Source: Delftia acidovorans NBRC 14950 (GTDB taxonomy: Bacteria > Pseudomonadota > Gammaproteobacteria > Burkholderiales > Burkholderiaceae_C). From it: 32,000 bases of DNA. Location of the stretch: positions 1 through 32,000 of the forward strand of contig NZ_BCZP01000012.1 of NCBI RefSeq assembly GCF_001598795.1, given 5' to 3'. This document shows positions 1-6,800 of the stretch, one piece after another. The translations under genes and the position numbers were made by a program. How positions within the stretch are numbered: the stretch's first letter is position 1; each line of letters begins with the position of its first letter. Under the pieces are notes generated by a model. The model searched no databases and was not told the origin of the DNA. It saw only the letters and a list, made by a program, of their open reading frames with translations.

Positions 1-204
1 AAGTCTGGCCTGGGCACGATCAAGGCAGACGCTGAGGTATCCATCGTCCGCGCGAGCATCCGCATCCGGCGCCGCGCTGGCGTGGACGCCGGCATGCGTG
101 TGCTGTTCGACGGCCAGATCTACGAGCTCAAGGCCGTGCTGCCTGGGCCAACCCGCGAGTACATCGACCTGGTGTGCGAGCTTGTGAAAGGACCGACCCA
201 ATGA
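1..204 (+). CDS. Phage head-tail adaptor / head closure protein, C-terminal fragment (gene starts upstream of window)
   Basis: Frame 1 is open from the window edge to TGA 202-204. The peptide ...RIRRRAGVDAGMRVLFDGQIYELKAVLPGPTREYIDLVCELVKGPTQ resembles, from memory, the C-terminus of SPP1-gp16/HK97-gp9-type head-tail joining proteins. It sits directly upstream of a gp10-like gene and its stop overlaps the next ATG. Confidence 0.5.
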   Translation, partial: KSGLGTIKADAEVSIVRASIRIRRRAGVDAGMRVLFDGQIYELKAVLPGPTREYIDLVCELVKGPTQ

Positions 205-449
205 CCAAACCACGGACACCGCGCGCACCGCGGGCGCCGCGCGCTGCCCCGGCCGACGACGGCGGGCCGCGCACGGTGCTGACGACCAGGCCCGGCACCA
301 TCGGCCCCTACGGCTACATCGCCGGCCTGCTGATTGACGACGTGCCGGCCGATGTGGCTGCGGCAAACGCGGGCTGGATGGACGCGGACCCCGGGCGCGT
401 GGCAGAGGCCCGCGCCGCGCGTGCCGACGCTGTGCCGTTCAAGGGCTGA
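201..449 (+). CDS. Hypothetical phage protein (82 aa) with a basic PRAPRAPRA N-terminus
   Basis: ATG 201 overlaps the upstream stop (ATGA). High third-position GC in this frame. The stop lies 5 nt before the next gene start. No recognisable family. Confidence 0.4.
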   Translation: MTKPRTPRAPRAPRAAPADDGGPRTVLTTRPGTIGPYGYIAGLLIDDVPADVAAANAGWMDADPGRVAEARAARADAVPFKG

Positions 450-454
450 CGGCC

Positions 455-1051
455 ATGGCCAGCCAGCGTGATTTGCGCAAGCAGGCCCTGCAGGGGAACA
501 AGACTTTCGGCATGGCGGTGGACCTGGGCGCGCTGGACAGCCTGCTGGCGGACCTGGGCGAGGATGTGCATGAGGCTATTCGGCCAGTTGCCCAGGCGGG
601 CGCTCAGGTGCTGTACGAGCGGGTCAAGATCAACGTGCGTGCGTTGGGGCGCTCCACGGGCAATCTGGACCGCTCGATCTACCAGGCCTTCAGCCCCGAG
701 AAGTCGGCCGATGGCCAGCGCGCTGAGTACCACGTCAGCTGGAACCACCGCACTGCGCCCCATGGCCACCTGGTGGAATGGGGCTACCTGCAGCGCTACC
801 GCTACTACCGGGGCAACGACGGACAGGTGCGGCCCATGGTCCGGCCTGGCATGGATGGCAAGAAGCCACCAGGCCGGCGCGCCAGCCAGGCGCAGAAGGA
901 TGCGTACTACGTGACCCTGCCGACGCCCGTTCAGGTTCCCGGCAAGGCCTTCGTGCGCAGCGCAGAGAGCTCTGTGCCTGAAGCGCAGAAGGCCGCCGAG
1001 GCCGAGCTGTGGCGCAGGCTGTTCGAGAAGGGTGCATACCATGGCGCTTGA
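455..1051 (+). CDS. HK97 gp10-family neck / tail-completion protein
   Basis: 198-aa ORF. The motif ...GRSTGNLDRSIY... and overall layout match my recollection of the HK97-gp10-like family. Position is between the adaptor and the tail terminator-like gene. Confidence 0.7.
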   Translation: MASQRDLRKQALQGNKTFGMAVDLGALDSLLADLGEDVHEAIRPVAQAGAQVLYERVKINVRALGRSTGNLDRSIYQAFSPEKSADGQRAEYHVSWNHRTAPHGHLVEWGYLQRYRYYRGNDGQVRPMVRPGMDGKKPPGRRASQAQKDAYYVTLPTPVQVPGKAFVRSAESSVPEAQKAAEAELWRRLFEKGAYHGA

Positions 1052-1394
1052 GACCGACCTGATGGCCGAGCTGCTGGCCGAGTGCCCGCGCGTCGTAGTG
1101 GGCACCGCTCCCTACGGCACGGCCATGCCTTACGTGACCTGGCAGCACATCGGCGGCGACGTGCTGCGCTACACGGACAACGCGCCGGCCAACAAGCGCA
1201 AGCCGCTCATCCAGATCAACACCTGGGCCGCCGCGCCGCAGCAGGCCTTTGCGCTGATCCAGCGCATCGAGGAACGGCTCTGCGCAGCCGCCACCTTCAC
1301 CGCCCGCCCTCACGGCGACCCGATTGGGGCCTATGACGATGCAGGAGTTGTCTCCGGCTACCTGCAGACCTTTTCCATTCTGGGCGCCAGATAG
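1041..1394 (+). CDS. Tail terminator/completion-like protein (DUF3168-like)
   Basis: 117 aa from ATG 1041 (the ORF track opens at GTG 1032). Size, position immediately before the major tail gene region, and the N-terminal pattern L..LL......V..G.AP.....PYV.W are typical of DUF3168-type proteins. Confidence 0.5.
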   Translation: MALETDLMAELLAECPRVVVGTAPYGTAMPYVTWQHIGGDVLRYTDNAPANKRKPLIQINTWAAAPQQAFALIQRIEERLCAAATFTARPHGDPIGAYDDAGVVSGYLQTFSILGAR

Positions 1395-1421
1395 CCCGGC
1401 TGCGACCGTACAGGAGTGTCC

Positions 1422-1649
1422 ATGGACAACAAGACAGTTGAATCGAACAAGCGCCTGGCTGAGAACCTGCGCACCCTGGCTGACAGGGTGGAGGCCCAGG
1501 ACCAGCTCGTCTATTACTCGGCCAGCGCGGCGGTTCCAGATGCCGCTGCAGTGTTGCCGGGCGGGGAGCTCGTCTTTCAGCGCCCTCTCCCCTTGAATCT
1601 CGTCATCGTGATGGGAGACAAGGATTTCGTCTCCAGGGAAACCCAATGA
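1422..1649 (+). CDS. Hypothetical small phage protein (75 aa)
   Basis: ATG 1422 preceded by AGGAG at 1412-1416. Coding-like GC3. No family recognised. Confidence 0.4.
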   Translation: MDNKTVESNKRLAENLRTLADRVEAQDQLVYYSASAAVPDAAAVLPGGELVFQRPLPLNLVIVMGDKDFVSRETQ

Positions 1650-1747
1650 GCACAGCAACTACGGAACTGCACCGCACGCTGATACGCCTCGCCAAGGGCG
1701 CCATCACAGCCTGGGAGAAGTGGCTCGAAAGCCGCGCCTCTCACTGA
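1646..1747 (+). CDS. Possible 33-aa micro-ORF (MSTATTELHRTLIRLAKGAITAWEKWLESRASH)
   Basis: ATG 1646 overlaps the stop of the preceding ORF as ATGA. Below the ORF-track size cut-off. Amphipathic helix-like sequence. Confidence 0.25.
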   Translation: MSTATTELHRTLIRLAKGAITAWEKWLESRASH

Positions 1748-1814
1748 ACGTTTTCTCCAACCTGCCTCGCAGGCCTGCCACTCCCGATAGGGACTCGCAG
1801 CCATGACGCCTCGC

Positions 1815-1845
1815 AGAAACCGGCCCCTCTGGGGCCTTTTTCTTT
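1815..1845 (+). terminator. Rho-independent terminator-like hairpin just upstream of the major tail gene
   Basis: GGCCCC (1822-1827), loop TCT, GGGGCC (1831-1836), followed by TTTTTCTTT. The preceding AGAAA could extend the stem. Confidence 0.5.
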
Positions 1846-1859
1846 GAAAGGGCCACAAC

Positions 1860-2516
1860 ATGGCATCTCTCCCTACCGGCTCGCGCATCGCCGTGGCCAC
1901 TTCCATCGGCGCCAAGGTGCCTATCACCGCGATCACCAACGCGACCGAGGCCGTCTGCACGGCAGCGGGCCATGGCCTGGCCGTCGGCAACATCGTGATC
2001 GTCCTGTCCGGCTGGGGGCGCCTGAACGGCCTGGTGTTCCGCGTGAAAGCCATCCCGACCCCGGACACGTTCACCCTGGAGGGCCGCAAGGCCAACACCA
2101 GCAACACCAACCTGTTCACCCCTGGCGGCGGCGCTGGCTCGTTCCAGAAGGCCCTGACATGGGTGGACGTGGTGCAGATCCTGTCCAACAACACCAGCGG
2201 CGGCGATCCCAAGAAGGTCACGTATCGCTACCTGGAGAGCGAGAACGAGCAGGAAATCAACGACGGTTTCAGTCCGGTCTCGCGTTCGCTGGAAATCGAC
2301 GCCGACGCCATCGAGACCCCGGGCTACACGGCTCTGGAAGACCTGTCCGCCAGCGGCGCCGACACGATCCAGCGCCTGACGATGAAGAACGGCGCGACCA
2401 GCTACCTGGCCTGCACCGTGGCGCTCAACGACGAGGTGCTGATGCAGGACGGCCAGGTCAACCGCGTGAAGGCCGATTTCAGCGGCAAGGGCCGCTCCAC
2501 CCGCTACGCCAGCTAA
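1860..2516 (+). CDS. Major tail (tube) protein
   Basis: 218-aa ORF in the canonical slot between the neck genes and the tail assembly chaperones. Acidic, beta-rich composition typical of siphovirus tube proteins. Family assigned by position, not by a recognised motif. Confidence 0.65.
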   Translation: MASLPTGSRIAVATSIGAKVPITAITNATEAVCTAAGHGLAVGNIVIVLSGWGRLNGLVFRVKAIPTPDTFTLEGRKANTSNTNLFTPGGGAGSFQKALTWVDVVQILSNNTSGGDPKKVTYRYLESENEQEINDGFSPVSRSLEIDADAIETPGYTALEDLSASGADTIQRLTMKNGATSYLACTVALNDEVLMQDGQVNRVKADFSGKGRSTRYAS

Positions 2517-2619
2517 GGCGTCAACCCCATGCACCGGCCCGGCTGTTTCGTCTCTTTCAGCGGAGGCGGGCAGTCGGGCACGGGCTTTTTATTTCTCCAT
2601 CCGCTGAAAGGATCTCTCC

Positions 2620-3063
2620 ATGCCCGCTCAATCGAAGACCGCTGTTTCCAACGCCGCAGACCAAGCCGGCAAGCAGAAGCCTCCCGCATTCATCTTCGGT
2701 GCCCGTCCGGACACCATCACTGCCGACGTTTCTTTCGTGCGCGTGACCGGCGAAGTCCATGAGATGGTCTGCCAGTTCAAGTACCGCACGCGCCGTGAAT
2801 TCGGCGAGCTGTGGGACAAGGTGTCCGACGCCAAGATCCCGCAACCCGCAAACGGCGAGAAATTCAGCTTCGCTGGCCTGGCCGACAGCGGCCTGGAATT
2901 CAGCGTCGAGCGCACCCTCCAGTACCTGGCTGGCTGGGATCTGGACATCGAACTCGACAAGGCCTCTCTGCTGCAGTTGTTCGATGAAGAGCCCAACGCC
3001 GCCGCCGCGTTCTGGGAAGCCTACCGTGGCGCCCTGGTGGACGGCCGCGTAAAAAACTCTTGA
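2620..3063 (+). CDS. Tail assembly chaperone (lambda gpG analogue)
   Basis: 147-aa acidic ORF between the major tail and tape measure genes, with an AAAGGA RBS at 2607-2612. It ends 2 codons after an in-frame slippery heptamer. Confidence 0.75.
   Translation: MPAQSKTAVSNAADQAGKQKPPAFIFGARPDTITADVSFVRVTGEVHEMVCQFKYRTRREFGELWDKVSDAKIPQPANGEKFSFAGLADSGLEFSVERTLQYLAGWDLDIELDKASLLQLFDEEPNAAAAFWEAYRGALVDGRVKNS
3051..3057 (+). promoter_or_regulatory. Programmed -1 ribosomal frameshift slippery site A_AAA_AAC
   Basis: Zero-frame codons are gtA AAA AAC (3049-3057), an X_XXY_YYZ heptamer. The zero frame stops at 3061-3063. The -1 frame is open from 3057 to 3371 and is the same frame as the 3060..3371 ORF. 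Confidence 0.7.
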
Positions 3064-3371
3064 GCGCCACCGTCGCCTATTTCACCCCCGACCCTGAGGT
3101 CGCAGAAGGCTGCGAGCCAGAAGACTACTGGGAAGACCCAGTGGAGGCCTGGCCCGAGAACGCCGAGCCGCTGGCGCTGTTCGTCGGCCTGCAGACGCAA
3201 TGGGCTTGGGTGGTTGGAATGGGCGGCGGCGGGCGCATCGGCCTGCGATACGAAGCGGTCTATCCGCTGCTTGACCGCGTTGCGCAGGGCGACCAGGAGC
3301 TGTGGGACGAACTGTTCGCAGACGTGCGGCGGATGGAGATGGCCGTTGTCAACATCCCGCAGAAAAGGTGA
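3057..3371 (+). CDS. -1 frame extension of the tail assembly chaperone (gpGT analogue; fusion of 2620..3057 with 3057..3371), DUF1799-like
   Basis: No convincing independent start (the track uses TTG 3060). The sequence ...WPENAEPLALFVGLQTQWAWV...GLRYEAVYPLL...LFADVRRMEMAVV matches my recollection of the DUF1799 tail-chaperone T-domain. Confidence 0.65.
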   Translation, partial: LLSATVAYFTPDPEVAEGCEPEDYWEDPVEAWPENAEPLALFVGLQTQWAWVVGMGGGGRIGLRYEAVYPLLDRVAQGDQELWDELFADVRRMEMAVVNIPQKR

Positions 3372-3409
3372 TGCGGTAGCATGCCCTTCATTTTTTAAGC
3401 GGGGCTTGT

Positions 3410-3724
3410 ATGAAAAAACTATTCTTAGTTGGGTCGCTTATTCCAGCGGCTTTCTACCTGTACGGCAGTTACCTTGTCCATCAGCATCGCAAGCCAGTTC
3501 TCGCGGAGTTGAAAGACCCAGATTCTGCGCAGTTTCGAAAGGAGCGCTTGGTCAGGAAGGGCGGATTCACTTTGGAGGGGACCATCCTCTGCGGAGAGGT
3601 GAACGCAAAAAATGAAATGGGTGGATTCGCGGGCTATAAGCCATTCGCATCTGCAGCCAACGGCAGGGCGGAAATAGGATCGGATGCCGTTGATAGAAAG
3701 TTCGTTGAACTCTACTGTGAGTAG
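3410..3724 (+). CDS. Moron: small exported or membrane-anchored protein (104 aa) with CGEVNAKNxMGGFxGY motif
   Basis: N-terminal hydrophobic segment MKKLFLVGSLIPAAFYLYGSYLV. Hand counts on two 60-nt lines give 48% and 52% GC, against about 65% for the flanks. It interrupts the normally contiguous GT-to-tape-measure junction and is followed by a terminator. Confidence 0.7.
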   Translation: MKKLFLVGSLIPAAFYLYGSYLVHQHRKPVLAELKDPDSAQFRKERLVRKGGFTLEGTILCGEVNAKNEMGGFAGYKPFASAANGRAEIGSDAVDRKFVELYCE

Positions 3725-3762
3725 GTTCGATATTCATTACTAGACCGGCATTGTTCGGTAGG

Positions 3763-3795
3763 AAAAGGGCTCGCTTTGGCGGGCCTTTTTGTTTG
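3763..3795 (+). terminator. Rho-independent terminator after the moron
   Basis: GGCTCGC (3768-3774), loop TTTG, GCGGGCC (3779-3785, one G-U pair), then TTTTTGTTT. Preceded by AAAA. Ends 9 nt before the tape measure ATG. Confidence 0.7.
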
Positions 3796-3803
3796 GGGGT
3801 CAC

Positions 3804-6800
3804 ATGGAAGAACAAAACCGCAAGATTGGCTTCGTGGTTTCTGCGGAAGACGACACCAAGACCACCTTTCAGAACATCAAGACCGGCGCGGCCGACATGG
3901 CTGCGTCTGTTGCCAAGTCCGGCGAGCAGGCGGCCAAGGGCGTGAAGGGGATCGGCGATGGCGCCGATGAAGCCGCCCAGAAGATGGGGCGCGCCGAGAG
4001 CGCCATGGCTCAGGCGCTGACCCGCGCCACTGAAAAAGCCCAGATTGCCGCCCAGGCCGGCGAAAGCCTGTCGCGTGCTTTCGAGCAGAAGATCGAGATG
4101 CGCGGTCTCGATGTGACCAAGTTGAACCCGCTGGTCGCCAAGCTGCGCGAGGCCGAGGAAGCGCTCGCCTCGTTCAAGGCCCAGCAGGCCAAGGACGCTG
4201 GTCAGAGCTCGTTCCTGGAGTCCCTGCGTTCGCAGACCCAGGCGCTTGGCAAAACCAAGGCCGAGCTGCTGGAGCTGCAAGCCGCGCAGCTGGGCGTTGC
4301 CAGCCAGGCGGCCCCGTACATCGCCAAGCTGCGCGAGACCGAGGCCGGCATGGGTCGAGTCGGAAACACGGCGGCCCAGACGGCACAAGCTATGCGCATG
4401 GTTCCGGCGCAGTTCACTGACATCGTTGTGTCGCTGCAAGCCGGTCAGGCGCCGCTGACGGTCCTCTTGCAACAGGGCGGCCAGTTGAAGGATATGTTCG
4501 GCGGTGCTGGCGCTGCTGCGCGCGGCATGGCTGGCTACGTGGTCGGCTTGGTGAATCCCTTCACCGTGGCTGCTGCTGCCGCCGCAACGCTCGGCGTCGC
4601 GTATTACCAAGGCAGCAAGGAGTCGGACAACTTCCGCCGCTCCCTTGTGCTGAGCGGCAACCAGGCCGGCACCACCGTCGATGAGCTGAATGCCATGGCT
4701 CGCGCCATCGCCAGCACATCGGGCACTCAGGGTGCTGCCGCTGCAGGCCTTGCCGATATGGCTCGCTACAGCAAGGTCGCATCCGACCAACTGAAGGACT
4801 TCACTGCCATCGCTCTGCAATGGGAGAAGACCACAGGCCAGGCCGTCAGCGAGACGGCCAAGCAGTTCGCGGACCTGGCCAAAGATCCGCTGCAGGCATC
4901 GCTCGCACTGAACGAGCAAATGAACTACCTGACGGCGAGCATCTACGACCAGATCAAGGCTCTGGAGAAGCAGGGCAAGACCGCCGAAGCTGCGGCCGTG
5001 GCTCAGAAGGCCTACGCAGACGCGATGAAGACCGGAGCAGACGAGCTGACCCAGAACCTGGGCTACATCGAGCGCGCGGTCCAGATAGTGACGGGCGGCG
5101 CGAAGAAGATGTGGGACGCCATCCTCGGCGTGGGGCGCCAGACCTCGCCCACGGACCAGGCGGCGAAGCACCTTGAAGCGCTGCAACAGGAGTTGAATAC
5201 AAAGCTCGCGCAGGGGCCAAAGAACGAGCAGTCGCGTACGAGCTGGGACAAGGGAGTCGAAAACCTGAAGCGGCAGATCCAGCAGGCCACCGATTTTTTG
5301 GCGTTCGCTGGCGCTGCTGGCAAGTCCATTGCCGAGACTCAGGCCGCCAACAAGGAGTACGTCGATGCAATGGAGGACTTCGACAAGCTTGCAGGCCAGT
5401 TTGCGACCAAGGATGTCAAGCGCAAGCAAGAGTTGACCATCGCTCAGAACACCTACAACAAGTCGGTTGAAGAAACGAAGCGAGCCTATGCCAACACGCC
5501 GGAGCTGGCGTCGAAGCTTGCTGATCTGGAGACGCGCTACAAGAACGCCGTCGAGGGGATCAACAAGCGGTACACCGAGAAGGGCTCGGGCGGCATCAGC
5601 ATCTCGGACAACCAGCTCGCGAACCTGGAAGGCCAGCTCGCCGCCGCCAAGCAGTACCGCGAACAGCTGCTCACGCTGGGCGTGGCCGCCGCTGACTTGA
5701 ACGTCGGTGAGCGCGAGTCGCTCAAGCTGTCGGCCCAGATCGAGAAAGCGACCAACGCGAAGACCCGGGCCAAGCTGGAAGAAGCCAAGGCCCTGGCCGA
5801 TGCCCTGGGCGTGCAGCTGCGCAGCAATGACGGCTTGGAGAAGTCGATGAAGGTCCAAGAAGCCCTCATTGCTGGCAACTTCAAGGCCGCTGATTCGATC
5901 ACCGACCGTGCGCGCGAGCAGGAGGCTGCCAACGCCGTGTTTGGCAAGGGCCGCACCGAGATCGAGCGCATGACGCTGGCCACGCTGCAGCAGCAGATGG
6001 CAGAGGCCCAGGGCAGCGACAGCTTCGACCCGAAGTACATCGCAAGCCTGGAGGCCAAGATCGCCGCCCAGAAACGCTATACGGCGGCGCTCCAGCAGGC
6101 CGACTACAAGCAGATGGACGACCGTCTCACCAAGTCGCTTCAGACCTCGAAGGATGAGCTGGCGATCCAGAAGGAGGGTCTGTCGCTGCTGGGTGCCGAT
6201 GAGGTGCAGCGCAAGAAGATCATCGCGCAGCGCCGCATCGAGTTGGAGCTCGCCAAGGAGCTTGCGGAGATCGACCGCACGATCTACAGCGACGACAAGG
6301 ACGAGAACGACAAGAAGCGCGAGACGCTGCGCCAGAAGGCCCGCGAGAAGGCCGAGACCAATACTCAGACCTCGCTGCTGCGCATCCAGGAGGAGTACGT
6401 CAACAAGCAGGTTGAGCAGTACGACGAGATCTTCCGCAAGGGCTTCGCAGACATGCTCAACAACGGGCGCGACGGCTGGGATAGCTTCACGAAGAGCCTG
6501 ACCACCACGTTCAAGACGACCGTGGCGGACCAAATCTACAAGATGTTCCTGCGCCCGTTCGTTGTGCAGGTGGTTGCCTCGCTGCTCGGCGTGCAGGGTG
6601 GTGGCGGCGCCGGGGCAAGTGGCCTTTCTGGTGTTGGTGGCGGTGGGTCCGGTGGATTTTCGATACCGGGCCTGCCCAGCATGGGCGGCAGCTATTTCAA
6701 TGCAGGCATGGCTGGAGGCTGGGCCGGTTTTGAGGGCGGCATTTCAATGATGCAGGCCGGAGAGTGGGCTGCGGGCGGCATGCAAGCCCTGGGCGCCGCC

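Noticed and set aside
2537-2595. Possible terminator after the major tail gene (GCCCGGCTG...CAGTCGGGC, then a T-run at 2586-2590)
   Set aside because: The stem has a 25-nt loop and is separated from the T-run by 6 nt, which is too irregular to call confidently by eye.
3567-6533. 988-aa ORF on the minus strand, antisense to the tape measure gene
   Set aside because: A typical high-GC shadow ORF. It is Leu/Arg/Ala/Gly-rich low-complexity sequence with no motifs, and it is fully overlapped by a gene with clear TMP motifs and correct operon context.
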